Source: Antedon mediterranea
Lineage: Eukaryota > Animalia > Echinodermata
Direction: 5' to 3'
DNA: 64,000 nucleotides
Assembly (NCBI RefSeq): GCF_964355755.1
Contig: NC_092672.1
Coordinates: forward strand, 14,632,001-14,696,000
In this document: one piece after another, positions 1 to 15,000 of the stretch
Layout of the letters: each line of letters starts with the position of its first letter
How positions within the stretch are numbered: the stretch's first letter is position 1
Notes under the pieces: generated by a model
The model's input: the letters and a program-made list of their open reading frames with translations, nothing else
What the model was told of the DNA's origin: nothing
Database searches by the model: none
Made by a program: the position numbers and the translations under genes

Positions 1-14
1 TTTGTTTTTGGTTC
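1..14 (-). CDS. EXOSC10: EXOSC10 probable final coding exon, first 14 nt only
   Basis: Long pyrimidine tract plus AAG acceptor at 15-16; phase fits exon 20; continues outside the window. Confidence 0.55.
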
Positions 15-3000
15 CTTAAAAAAGAATGAAAAAAAAAAAAAACTTTAATAAAAACAACTTATATTAAATTTTCACCCAAGGTCAACATTTATAATTTTTA
101 TATACCGTATTTATTTGAATAAACGCCCCACTATGAATAAACTCCTCCCTCGAATAAAATTCCCCAATAGAACATCAATTTTTATATTTTCACTTCATTT
201 ACACTTCTCGATATATTATGTAGTATTTTTTCACATCAAGAGTGTATTTTTTTTTTATTATACATGTTACCATATTACACCTAAAAAATTAAATGCCTCC
301 CCAAATAAGTGCCCTTGGGTGTTAAAAATAACATAGCCATGACTGGTTTTTTCACAAATTTAATTTTGTTCATAATTTTTCCTTTTTGGCTATGACGGCA
401 TAATGTTTGCCCTCTAAACCAGTGCATGTTGAGTTTGAGCATATCACCTAAATCACCAATGTTTGCCCTCTAAACCAGTGCATGTTGAGTTTGAGCATAT
501 CACCTAAATCACCAATGTTTGCCCTCTAAACCAGTGCATGTTGAGTTTGAGCATATCACCTAAATCACCAATGTTTGCCCTCTAAACCAGTGCATGTTGA
601 GTTTGAGCATATCACCTAAATCACCAATGTTTGCCCTCTAAACCAGTGCATGTTGAGTTTGAGCATATCACCTAAATTGCCACTGGTGAATTTCAGTAAT
701 GGTAGTAAAATATTAAGTAAATACAGACATTTTTAATAGGCTATTTAACTTACGATTGCTGTTTGTAGGTAAAAGATTTTCTACTAGATTGTGGGTTTGG
801 TCCTCGTTTGGTACCACTCTGCAAAAAAATGACATCAAATAAACAGAAATGTCAGAACCGTAAACTTTTTTTTCTGTATTATTAGTTCTCCGCACCTCAC
901 TCATTGTGATTGTCAGGATATTTTTTTTCCTTCTATCATATTCTTTTTGTTTTCCACAATTTTTGTTGCAGCTGTATCTGTATTGTTTAAAGACCCATTT
1001 GCTACAATCAAAATTCCCTACGTTTTAGGGAACATTAGGATAAAAAGATAGAAACAATGCACTAGTAGTTCGCCGTGAATTTCCTCTCTTGGACGGTCTT
1101 TAGGCCTAGCCTAGTTAGGCTTAGTTTTTTTAGGCCTAGCTGGTGGTAAACAGCAGTAACGTACGAACATTGTACACCAGCTATAGGCCTAACCTACTTG
1201 CTGCATTAATTGCCTTTCTATTTTTGCCAGAATACACAAACACTAACTATTTTATTTTCATTTAGGCTTCACAGTATTTTAGAGGCAGATCCAGACTTGT
1301 TGGTTTGGGGAAGGAGAAGATCTAGCTGGGGTTGCTCAACCATCCTCATCCGAAGACAGGCTTTTTTACATTTTTCCAACCATGTGTGATAAGATAATGA
1401 ACTTGGATAATGTAGTAGGCCTTAGTCTGGGTAATATGGGTCTCATATTAATTGAAGTCCTAAGTCAAAATAATGGAGTTAAAGTTTTAGGCTTAGGAAG
1501 TACATAATTTGGCTATACAGATTCAAGATTCTAGGTCCTCATTGTGGCCAAGTTTGGTAGATATTTGAATAATAACTGTGGGCTCTAGGTGGGTAACAAC
1601 TAACATAGAAACATACCTAGGGGTACAAACATAACCTGGATGGAGGGGTAATTATTGTTATACAGCAATTCATGATACTGCAGGTAATGTATATATTTTA
1701 TCTTAAATAATATTACTTGAGCCTAAACAAAGTTCAATAAATATGGCTTTTTGTTGTTTGTTTTATACATGATCTACCATTTGGTTCATATATCTCTACC
1801 ATAACAACCCCAAAGCTAAGACTGTAATTTACATAATTAACAAAAAAACACTTATCTTCTGAAGGTTTTTTCCCCCTCAATTTCAACAAAAAGATTTATA
1901 AACACAATTTAAAACTAAGAAAGAATGGAAATGAAACTTACTTTGAACTTGTGGCGCTCTCTGTTGGGATCAAACTGCTTGCCTACATTTGAATGTTTAT
2001 TTACACCTATATAATAAAAAAAAAACAATAACTTGACCAATCATAGTAGAAACAGCTTTAACTAGGAAATTGTTTATTCTTTTTACAATGTTCAGAGTAT
2101 GATAATAAATAACAGGACAACAAAACTATCATTGTATATGATAGTGTATAGTCCCAAAGATTGATTGGAGGATTGTGGGTCACACTATTCAATAAACTAT
2201 TCCAATGAATTCTTTTTACAATGAGCATTATCATGCACAACACACTGCTGTTAACAGTGTTAACAAATCAACCAGTAGTGTGTCTGTAATTGTTCTACTC
2301 TACGTTCAAAATTGGAGCTGCTTTTCAAATGGTTAAGGCCTTCACTTAGTCTTTGTTGTAGCAGTGACTTAATTAAATAAAAGTAGGTGTGGTATAAAAA
2401 AATGAATGTTTTATCGTGCACATGGTCTCTGGTACGCATTTAATATAAACAAAACATTGTCGACTCTATTTGAAGAACAATTAGCGGTCCCCACACAGAA
2501 CACGCACATCTAATATACGTAAAAACATTATGTCACATGTGTTTATACCAGCGGAAAAATTTACCATCAATTTGCTGATTGCTGCGCTATATATGGGAGT
2601 GTCATTTCTGACCAAATAAAGGTGCCATTTTCATGAATTTTATGTGCAAGAGTACCATTTCTGATGATCTAGGAATGTCATTTAACAAAATTTGCTTAAA
2701 AAATACTCAAATACTTCGTGTCTGGAAGAAGAAGTTGACCATAAAACTAATGAAAAATCAAATCATAGAAACCATAGAAAAAATATTATTTTATCCATAG
2801 TATAAGTTAATAAATTTCTGTACTTCCGCAAGTGAAATTAAAGAGCAGAGTGTGTTTGAGGTCAATGAACCATTTACAGACAATCTTGATTGCAATCTCT
2901 CGTCAGGCAGTATTATGGATACCTTGTACTTTTAAATGATCTCTCACAACCAAAAGTAATCTTATTAAACACGCTGCACTTTTAGAAAGGTGTTGAATAT

Positions 3001-6000
3001 AAACATTGATCCATGACACGGTTCATTGCACTTGGTGAAGGTGTCTTTTGCAGCTGATGACACAGATCTAATCAATACAGAGGGCACTATAGCTAATATA
3101 AGGATACATTTAAAGCAAATAAAAATAAATACAAACATTACTTCTACACAATTTGTTTAGCATTATCTATTATACAATACAAAAATAATAATAGGTTAAA
3201 ATACCAAGAATTTTATGAAAGTTCCAATTCTTGTAGGTCAAATTCGAAAGTTAAAATTTGTTCAAAAGTCGCGTCTTTTTTAGATACAAATACACACATT
3301 CTTCAGTGATTTCTGTCGTCAAAGTCACAAATCATGCAGTAACAACAACATGCCAAAAAAAAACGAGAAAATGTATGCAATTCGATAAACAAACTAAGTA
3401 GTAAGTAAGTAAAACAAACGGCTTAATTTAAAAAGAAAATCCAGTACACATTTCTGTTAAAATTTAGGCTTAGCAGTTTGTAACCTTTAGCGAGTATGTC
3501 TAGTTTTGCAGGTTCGCATATATCAGTCCCATTTAGATTCGACTTAAGGCAAAATTGCACAGACGAGTGGTAAACAAATATATAGAATCCATGACCGTTT
3601 TTGTATAAGTGTATGAATTCACGTTTCAATTGTAATTTTATCTCCTTGTTTTCCTTTTATGTTAAAGCTGGTGGTTGTCGTACTTGTAATTCTAAATGTA
3701 ATCTACTTTATGTTCTGTATTGTCGGGTCAGTGTTACCAAGAATTGATTATCTCGCGTATTTGTCTTTTTTTTAATAATTGTGTTGTTAAAGATAATTCT
3801 ATTGATCTCTTTTTTGACCGTTACAATTGTTTTTGTAATAAAATTAGTAAGATGGTATAACTTTGTTTTGTATAGGCCTTTATATATATTTATATTTTAT
3901 TCCATTCTGTAAGTTGCGGCTTTCCCGCTGTTGAATGAGATTGTAAATAAATAAATAAATAAAATTACCAAAAATGCAGAGCGATTGGGTGGTTGGGTGG
4001 AAACCCGGAGCACAGGATAGATACAGATTCTACATAGGATGAGTTTTTCTGCTTACAGTTACTGCTTGTCTGTGTAAATTGGCATTTAGGCGAAGTTTAC
4101 TGTATAATGATTATCATGTGACCACAATCCTCCAATCAAATGACAAGAATCTATTCAGGTGTGTTATAAAGTTATTTTTACCTAATAATAGTATTATGCA
4201 GCATTGCATACTCAGTTAATAATTTGGCCTTTCAAACACATCATAAATACCAGTGTACTGTTTGCAGAGGTTTTAGCCAAAATACCTAGTTGTTTTAGTT
4301 TTGGTCAACAATTAACAGCAAAAATCTAGAAAATGTCCCTGAGGCGTTTATTTGAGGGAGGCGTTTATTCAAACCTGGGCGTTTATTTGAATAAATATGA
4401 TATGAAAACACAAATAAAGTATGCTCTGGGAATATTTTTTCCATATCTGGAAGTGACGAATTATCAAAATTATATCTAGGTAGGCCTATCCCAACCAAAA
4501 GTCCATGTTGGGTTTCTGTGAGCAACGATCTAGTCCTCTGACCCTTTAGTGTGATCTGTAATATCTTTTATTTAAAAAGAGAACACAGATTCAAAGAACA
4601 CAAAATAAAAGAGAAAATCAGGCACAGATCTGATAAGAGCTCTATTCAATGTGATGACCTATGACTGAAAAAAAAACAATCTGAGTGGCCATATGATTAT
4701 GTCGCAACATCCGATAGGTAAAGGTTTCACATGAATTCATATATACAACTCATCTGCTTCCTCATCAAATTGGGGACACCGTTCATTATGATTCGATATA
4801 AGATTCAATATATTTGCATTAAACAACCCATTTTCAAGTGATTTTTTAATTTAAAATGCATGTCTTCTTTGAGCATAACACATAAACAATGAGCAAATTA
4901 GGTGAAAGTAACACTGGTTATGAACATTGCATATATTGAAACAATTGGTTGAATAAACTTACCCGAAGAGAATACACTATAGTCTGACTGACTGTAGTCA
5001 AAGGCTTTGAATGCTGTTGGCTTTTGTGTATCATGATCTTTATATTTCTCCAATATTGTCTTTGATGAAGATGCTATTGGATTCCTCTTCTTACTCTAAA
5101 ACAAAATGTGTATACAAAATTGAAGTTTACAGATCATTTTAATACAGTATACATTAAATAGACATAAGCATTATTATAAGCAATATCTTTTCATAACATA
5201 GATTTAAAGTAAAGTAAACTGCATGACCTACAGCATAAATGAAGTAGAACATAGGAAATAATGGTATTTAAATACACACATGTACATTGAGTATTCAATT
5301 ATATTCCCTGTTATTACACTATAATCTGAATTTAATCTGAATAACCTATAATAAACAAGAAATATTTCTTACAAAAAACGCTGCTCGACATTTTAAAATT
5401 AATCATTGTTCTTTCTTCAGATACATTTATTCTTAATTATTAAAAAGATGTCCTTTAATCGCAAAATACATACAAATCAAAGATAGTTCTTTAATTATGA
5501 TTCACATGCCCAATTAAAAAATGGTCAATTTTGAACTTTAATGTGCTGTGTGTGTGTGACCTCAACCTGTTGGCATGCAACTGAATACCCTCTAGAGACA
5601 ACGCGACTTCACAAAAATTCTTCCCAGTCTGTCAACCAATCAAAGGGCGAGAATCCAAAATCAACCGTGAGCCCTCATAGACTCTCTTTTCCCAGACGTT
5701 TTTTGGGTCCAGCAGCTGGGATCTATAAATTATAGTAGAGTTTACAAAGTCGCAAAACTGTCGGCCTTAGATACTATAACTGCTGCTTGCTTTAGCTTAT
5801 GAATGAGTAGTCCTCATGGGACGTAGCTGGCTAGAGCAGCAGCGTGAAAAAATGGATTATTTTAATAAAATTAATGTTGAAAATAATGTCGAGAGTGGCA
5901 CACCTAATCGGCGACAGAAGCTCTAGGCCTCTTTTGCCACTCCATTGCGAAATCAAGCTGCTCTTGTTAATGATTGTATTTGTGTTGCCAAAACTAATAA

Positions 6001-9000
6001 AATAAAATAAATAAATAAAACAGAAAAAGAATTGAATTAACAACCAACTTGTGATTGTGATTTACAGGAAGGTAAACGATAACGGCAATTGCGATTGTCA
6101 GTCAGACTCGCGATTGTTGACAAGAGTGCAATTCTAGCAATATTTCAACATTAAAGAGTTGGCCAATCATCTTTGGTGATACAGTACATGAAGTCAGGCC
6201 TATTATTAGATATATGCAAGTTTTCAGCCAAGTCCTAGTCTGATCTTGGCCTATGACCTAGGTGAGGAACCATACTACTGGCTAAAGCCGTCTACTACTA
6301 AAATATGACTCTTGTGTCCTGGTTCTTGTACCCAAACAAACCCCACCCTTACCAATGCCAACTGGTACCCAATTTGTCACAAATATACCTAAATTATATC
6401 TAGTCTACTAGCATTATTAATTTTTTTAATTTATTATACTACTGACTGAATTGATCAGAGCAGAATAACCTCTTTCAATTATATTTCAACCCGTTTCAAT
6501 TGGTACCTTCTGATGAGATTATGCAAAAGAAGTCAGTATCAAATTGTTTGCTTATTATTAACAGCCATCTATCAACTGCTGCAAGCCAAGCAAACTTGTG
6601 AAATTGTATTGTTGTATTAATGTCAAATGTACTGTAGTCACAATCGAGTCGGCCGATGTCCACCCACGATGTGAAAAAAGACTTTAATTTTTTTTTTATT
6701 TGTTTACATGCAAATATCAGTGAACAGTGGAGAAAAAGTTTACTTATTAAAAAAAATATCGTAGGCCTAGGTGGCTAGGCTATACCACACTGGAAAGGTG
6801 ACATTATCCATTGTTTATTACTGAACATAGTCGGTGGTAGATAGGCCTAGTAAATTTGATATTGGATATCCCAGATGATGTATGCTCTAGATTTTTTGTA
6901 AAACTTAATATTGGCTTATTATAGCACGCCCCCTATTGTTTACCTGAAATTTCATTTTTTCAACTTGGGACTTCTGGTTCAGTTTTGTATGAATTGAAAA
7001 AAAAAACACATTTCAGCATTATAAAATTGCCACAATTCAGTGTATTTTTGTCGCATGCAACGCGACTATACAGCTCACTATGTTGGTCGGTTGGTTGGTC
7101 GGTAAACACTAACTTGTATATGGCCTTGTCTTAATATCAGTTTCATATAAGTCAATTTTTCAGAATATATTCCTTATGACCAGGACTCGATTTGGTTATG
7201 TTTTTCACGGTGCGCAATCAAAAATTACACGGTCTACGCACGATTTAACGAAATCCTGTTTGTTATCATATCTTCAGAAGCATGAATCACAATTAAATAA
7301 AATTTGGTACTTGTCAAAACAATTACGTGCGTAGCGCATATAACGCATGCGTACGCGCGCATACAATTTTCAAAATTGTCAAATTTATTTTCAGGCAATT
7401 TTAAGCATTTAAAAAATTGCAATGAGTGCGCAGATTTGTGCATGTGCACTGCACGTTAAACGTTAATAATCTTTTTGCCCAATTTCTGTTTTACAACCTT
7501 TCTTTAATTATGTCATCATATTTGATTCACTTTCCAACTTGAAATTACATTATACAAGCACGTCAAAAGTGACAGGCTACACACTTGTAAATAAAAAAAA
7601 ATGTAAATGTTTTTAAACATTTTAAACATGTTCAGCAATTTTGGTCGGTTGGTCGATAAAAACAAACTTGAGCACGCGACTGCAGCCATGTATATGGCCT
7701 TGTTAATCTTGAGTGTGATTTGAATAAAGAATTTGAATACAAAAACTAATAATGAACAGCATGTGATACATAATTAACCAATCAAATTAAATATATATAA
7801 ATATCATAGGCAAAGAACATTAATTCTAAATTGCCCGGTGATATACTGAAATTTAATTAATTTTAAACGATAAGGTTGAGGAAATCCGTGAGAATGAGAA
7901 AAAGTCGTCCCAAACCGAGAGTCGAACCCGGAACCTTCTGCTTGATATGCAGATGTCCTAACCATTAGACAACTGGGGCTTTCATGGTATTGTTCAAACT
8001 CGATTGGATAGCGACTTTTTAACACTCTCAGTGTGGTACAAATAAACATCATAGGCACAGACAAAATTCTAAACCACATTATGATATACTGAGAATTAAT
8101 TTATTATTTTGAAACGATAAAGACGAGGAAAGAGAAATGGTGTAATGATTGATTGATTGATTTGAACAAGATTTTGCAAAAAACTATAATCAACACGCAT
8201 CATCTCATTAGGTAAATTAAGGTGTCTCTTGCTTGACAATGGTTGATATCAATGACCGACAATTATCTGCAGATGGATTATGTCAGAATTTTACTGAGAG
8301 TGAGCCAAAACATGTGGCAATAAAATAGGATACAAGTGAAGACAAGAAACTTATCTCGCCATAATCAGAGCAATACTAAGTAGCAGATCTAAAATTGTAT
8401 ACCTTAAATTTTTTCCGTAATGGTTCAAGTGGTGTATCTTCTTTATCCATATTCTGAACTTCTCCAGAATCTTGTTGCGACTCTCTTGTTATATCATTTT
8501 GTGTTGTAATCTTCTTATCTTTTTCAACTGCTGTTTGCACTTCCACTTTTTTCAACCTCCAAACATAAGGAGACTAAAATAAAAAATGTTTACATATAGG
8601 TAAACTGGATGTAACATCATGTTGATGGCCAACTTATTTCATGCAGTGAATGGAAATCAATGTATAAAATACGTTTGAAATAAAATTAAAGTATGTCTTT
8701 AAGCGTACATCATTGTTTCATGTTTGTTTTGAGAAAATGCTGTTTAATTTCAGTTATTTTAGATGAAAAATCTCTAAGGCTAGGCCTAGCTAGCCTAGGC
8801 CTAAATCATCCAGATTTTCGGGGGGAAATAACCAATTTTCAGGTCGGGGAAAATCGGAAAAGACCTGCAAATTTCAGGGATCTTTGGCATTATGATACAG
8901 AGAAGTTGGCAATGTGGCAAACAGCATTGTTTGCTGATGGAGTCAGTCAGTAAACACATGTTCTGCCATGCCACGACTCACACAGCCAGGCTCTCATTTG

Positions 9001-12000
9001 AGTTGGTTTGAAATTTGTGCAGAAAGAATAATGAAATCATTAAGCATTAAGAAATTACATTTATTTTTATTTATTAATTATCGTAGCATAGCCTATGTAC
9101 TGTATGTAATCACCGTTATCATTACGTGTAGGCCTATCTAATGAACAGTTTAATATACGTTTTCAAAACTGCATTATCAATCACACAGATAAAATTTAGT
9201 CAAATTCGCGGCGAGAGAAAACCATATGCTTGCTGTGTCTATACGGCTAGCAAGCTATAGTAGTCTGGCTAGCAAGCGATAGTAGTCTAGCTATCAACTA
9301 GGTGTTGTAGGCTAGCAAGCGATAGTAGTCTAGCTATCAACTAGGTGCTGTAGGCTAGCAAGCGATAGTAGTCTAGCTATCAACTAGGTGTTGTAGGCTA
9401 GCAAGCGATAGTAGTCTAGCTATCAACTAGGTGTTGTAGGCTAGCAAGCGATAGTAGTCTAGCTATCAACTAGGTGTTGTAGGCTAGCAAGCGATAGTAG
9501 TCTAGCTATCAACTAGGTGTTGTAGGCTAGCAAGCGATAGTAGTCTAGCTATCAACTAGGTGTTGTAGGCTAGCAAGCGATAGTAGTCTAGCTATCAACT
9601 AGGTGTTGTAGGCTAGCAAGCGATAGTAGTCTAGCTATCAACTAGGTGTTGTAGGCTAGCAAGCGATAGTAGTCTAGCTATCAACTAGGTGTTGTAGGCT
9701 AGCAAGCGATAGTAGTCTAGCTATCAACTAGGTGTTGTAGGCTAGCAAGCGATAGTAGTCTAGCTATCAACTAGGTGTTGTAGGCTAGCAAGCGATAGTA
9801 GTATAGCTATCAACTAGGTGTTGTAGGCTAGCAAGCGATAGTAGTATAGCTATCAACTAGGTGTTGTAGGCTAGCAAGCGATAGTAGTCTAGCTATCAAC
9901 TAGGTGTTGTAGGCTAGCAAGCGATAGTAGTCTAGCTATCAACTAGGTGTTGTAGGCTAGCAAGCGATAGTAGTCTAGCTATCAACTAGGTGTTGTAGGC
10001 TAGCAAGCGATAGTAGTCTAGCTATCAACTAGGTGTTGTAGGCTAGCAAGCGATAGTAGTCTAGCTATCAACTAGGTGTTGTAGGCTAGCAAGCGATAGT
10101 AGTCTAGCTATCAACTAGGTGTTGTAGGCTAGCAAGCGATAGTAGTCTAGCTATCAACTAGGTGTTGTAGGCTAGCAAGCGATAGTAGTCTAGCTATCAA
10201 CTAGGTGTTGTAGGCTAGCAAGCGATAGTAGTCTAGCTATCAACTAGGTGTTGTAGGCTAGCAAGCGATAGTAGTCTAGCTATCAACTAGGTGTTGTAGG
10301 CTAGCAAGCGATAGTAGTCTAGCTATCAACTAGGTGTTGTAGGCTAGCAAGCGATAGTAGTCTAGCTATCAACTAGGTGTTGTAGGCTAGCAAGCGATAG
10401 TAGTCTAGCTATCAACTAGGTGTTGTAGGCTAGCAAGCGATAGTAGTCTAGCTATCAACTAGGTGTTGTAGGCTAGCAAGCGATAGTAGTCTAGCTATCA
10501 ACTAGGTGTTGTAGGCTAGCAAGCGATAGTAGTCTAGCTATCAACTAGGTGTTGTAGGCTAGCAAGCGATAGTAGTCTAGCTATCAACTAGGTGTTGTAG
10601 GCTAGCAAGCGATAGTAGTCTAGCTATCAACTAGGTGTTGTAGGCTAGCAAGCGATAGTAGTCTAGCTATCAACTAGGTGTTGTAGGCTAGCAAGCGATA
10701 GTAGTCTAGCTATCAACTAGGTGTTGTAGGCTAGCAAGCGATAGTAGTCTAGCTATCAACTAGGTGTTGTAGGCTAGCAAGCGATAGTAGTCTAACTATC
10801 AACTAGGTGTTGTAGGCTAGCAAGCGATAGTAGTCAAGCTATCAACTAGGTGTTGTAGGCTAGCAAGCGATAGTAGTCTAGCTATCAACTAGGTGTTGTA
10901 GGCTAGCAAGCGATAGTAGTCTAGCTATCAACTAGGTGTTGTAGGCTAGCAAGCGATAGTAGTCTAGCTATCAACTAGGTGTTGTAGGCTAGCAAGCGAT
11001 AGTAGTCTAGCTATCAACTAGGTGTTGTAGGCTAGCAAGCGATAGTAGTCTAACTATCAACTAGGTGTTGTAGACTCGGAATTTGAAGATATGAATGTAT
11101 ACTTAGAATTTTACTATGACTTTGAAGCTGTTCATGTGATTTAAATGTATATTTTACTGTTTTTTTATTGTTAATCAATATATACTTTGTAATTGGTATT
11201 ATTTGTTGAAGAAACAAAGTCAGTAATCTAAAGATAGGCTCATATTATGTACATATGATTGATATCTTAGCTATTGAATCACTGAAATTTCCAAACAAGT
11301 AGAAAATATTTCAAGTGATAAATATATATTCACCATAATTTGTTGGTGTCAACACATGTGACATTGATGGGTTTTCCTACGCAGTGATTTATCGATTAAT
11401 TTTGACTACTGTATATTTCCAATAGTGTTTCAGGTAAAATCATGTAGTGGAACTGGATGAAATAATACAAGCTACAGTTGATGGTCTACCATATACGCAC
11501 ACAACCATCAAACACATGGGACATCAAACGTAGTGAATTATAATAAAAAGAACTTACTTGTGTATTTGAGGATAATGGAGTAGTATGTTGAGACTTCTTC
11601 ACATCAGGAATTACAATCTTATTGCTTGCTAACAAGAAGCTGTTAATTTGTCCAGGTTTATTGCAAGGCAAATACTTTTTTAAAAAAGAGAAATGATAAA
11701 ACAATTAGATATAGTTTCTATTTGCAAGGCTATTTGAAGAAATTATCCTGTGAAGACATAAGGTTGAAAAGAGTTTAACATTATTTCTCCAATGTATACA
11801 CTTTTATTGCTTTATAAACTAGAAAGCCACTCCGAGAGTGCATACCTCTGCCTACTGTAAAATTCTCCTACATCAGATTTGTCCGAAAAAAACAAATATA
11901 TATATATATATTTGTGTGTGTCTTTGCTGTTTGCGATTTACGCTAATTTCACTACAAGCATGTGTATGCGAGTTTGGTGTAATGGTTATGTAACAAGCCT

Positions 12001-15000
12001 TTCAATTAACAATACCTTCAGTTGACTAACAATAGAACAGCAACGCGAAAATCAAACGAGTGAATTTGAAAAGAAATAGGTTTTGTAAACTACTCGCATC
12101 AAGAAACGTGCACATTAAATCAAATTATGTTTTAAAATTACAAATCACAAATTATAACTCTTGCCTCTTGTACAAAAATGAAGTTTTTTGGACAAGTAGT
12201 TCTCGAGAAAATTCAATTTGAGTTTACTTGTTACTTTAAGACTGCTCGCCGGCTTTTGAAAAATTCTGTCCTATCTTTTTAACACTAGCAGGTCTGAAAA
12301 GTATACTAAAAAGTGGTCCAGAATTGGGACCGTGGTCCGAAATGGTCCCAAAATGTAATGGAATGGTCCTTGACCACATATCTATCTGTACATTCATTTT
12401 GTTAAAGACCTTGTAATTACTTTTTGAGTAATCCTGCTAACAAACAAACACACGCGATCGATTACATATACCTCCTTGGCGGAGGTAAATAAAGATATCT
12501 ACTGTCTATATCACTACCTAATGCTTGTATTGTATTATAAATTACCAATAAATTATTATTTCATATATTGGAAGATGATTGACAACAAAGTAATTTATGT
12601 TATAGTTTCATTGCTGTGATTGCTGTTGCAAAATTGTAACATTCATTCATTCTGCCATGGATCCATGAGGGCTTTTAACATGCCACAATCAAAATTTTCA
12701 GTTTCCAGTTAAATTAAGCACCATTAAATACAGATGTTTAATTGTGTGTAGTAAATAACACAGATCCTTACCATTTCAAAGGGGCTTTTCAAAGTTGTCA
12801 AAATGTGCCGTAATTTCTCCTTCACAACTAATGATTGCTTGTAAATCTGAGTTTGTGATTGATTACCAATAGCAGTAATAACAGGTTTTGCCACTCTAAC
12901 TGGCGGCCCATTAATTCCATTTCCGTCAAGAAACATACCATTTTCTTTATAAAACATGGATTAAATGAAAATAGTTTAATTTTTTTTAATTAGATAGATT
13001 GTATTAAAGGAAAGTCATAGTCTGAATTAGCAACAATTCAGATAATCAACAATATGTACGTCAACCATGCAGTTAAATTATTCTAGTGGAAACCATGTTT
13101 GCTGAGATAAAAGATTTTAGATCATCTGTTCAATTAACAGTAAACGGTAAAATTAAATGTTAATTATTTTGTTTATACCTGCAGAAATTGTTCCCTCGTC
13201 AGCAGATTGATGTTGATGACATGATTCCAGATGAGTAGTGTCATGAGGACAGTATATGAGACTCTCTAATGGTTCTATCTTTCGAGGTTTAAATGTGGTG
13301 ACACAATTGTCTTGATTTGCAGTTTGTGACTGAAAAATAAAAATATTTATTTATTATTTATATTATACTTATTACATTAGTTACAGTATTATTCATTCAT
13401 TCATTCATTTATTTTATTTACACAAAGCAAAATTCAAAGTATGTTGACAAAATATGAATCAAATTAATAGTTAAAACCTTGTATCTGGAGAAACTCAAAT
13501 AAGAAATTTCATATATACTTATATATTGCATAGCCTATATTATTGTGTGAACGTGATTGGTTAAAACCACATCATATAACCACCGCTCCGAGGATCATAG
13601 TTGTAATTTTCGTGTCCCCATCATTAGACATATAAAATCCAGTGAATTCTCAAGGACTTTGATAATCATGGAGCAACTCGCATCTGCCATTACTGAGCAA
13701 ATAAAAATGCTAAATATGTTGTGGTTCTAACTCAAAACTTCTAGCTTGACAGGCATTACGCAATACCAGCGTGCCATACAATTTAGCTTGCAATGGTTTA
13801 TCAATTAAGATATTTATATAACGTCAAAACTCTGCGAAGCTCTCCTACTATCATTCCAACATCTTCAAAAATAGGGGGGGAAATTCTTTTGATGAAAACT
13901 GTAAACTATAGAATTATTAACAGAAATTATTCTGCATATGTACTAGGCCCAGGCCTATGTGGACATCTATGACTTGGAATGATTATGTAGTATTTATCTG
14001 CCTTTATATAGTTAAAAAAATATGACAAAAAAAAGGACAAGATCATTTGAAATAAGAAATGCAGAAAGGTGAAAGTCATCTTACTATAGAGGTTTGTAGC
14101 ATCCTAGCCTGTACAACAATACCATGTACCTCAGCTAAATACTGCCTCACTAGTGGAGGTGTAGGGTTACAGCATGCCAGTACGCCTTCAGATTCCCTGT
14201 AAAAAAAAAAGCACTATTTTAAAAGGTGGATAAGAATACAGATGTACAAACACACTTGCATTGAGGACAAGTTAGCAATTTGTGGCAGTTTACTGTATCA
14301 CTTTGATCTCCATTGAGTTTAATACACATATTATGTGGCAAATTACCAAGAATTTGTTAGCACATTTGAAACAACATGTTTACACAGACAGAGAGGTAAA
14401 AAAAAGCATGCAGCTTCTCCCAACCTGCATTTTGTGTTGAGATGTTAAATAAATAACATACATTCTATATTTTTGTTTACTGCTTACACTACAGTTACTG
14501 TTAAATTGGCATTTAATGAAAATTTCAGGATTTTAATTTCAATTTAATTGTTCTTCAATTGTTATACTCTATTTCCTTTAAAAGAAAGAACAGGACATCT
14601 GCCAGTGTTCAGGACATTAAGGGAGGTTTTTAAATTATGTTTACAAAACAGGTTACATATCAAAGTAATATATGTAGCGTCAAACTACATCATATATATT
14701 ATAAATACTTATTTCATGATTCCTTACCTTGGAAGATTTTCAGCTATTTGAAAAAGCATATGGTTTGGTAAGACATAGCCTATACTCTCATCTTCTACTC
14801 TGGCAACACTGTCTCGCCAAGCATACAACAATTTATAAGCAAACAACTGTAATTTTAAATTGTATTAGATTTATTTGGTCCTACTGCATTTCACACTTGT
14901 ATTTCAAATCCAAATGTGTTATTTAACTTTATCATGGATAACACACCTTAGAATTTGGTAGATGATAGTTGTCTGAAGGGTAATTGCCAGGGAGTAATTG

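Noticed and set aside
713-904. 63-aa minus-strand ORF
   Set aside because: It overlaps EXOSC10 exon 20 in a different frame and reads through both splice sites.
5785-5850. Possible hammerhead ribozyme in the element's 3' stem-loop (tgaatgag...gtcc...ggac)
   Set aside because: It lacks the canonical CUGANGA and GAAA cores in the required arrangement.
9245-11072. CRISPR-like appearance of this and the other regular arrays
   Set aside because: Units are head-to-tail with no unique spacers, there are no cas genes, and the context is a eukaryotic intron.
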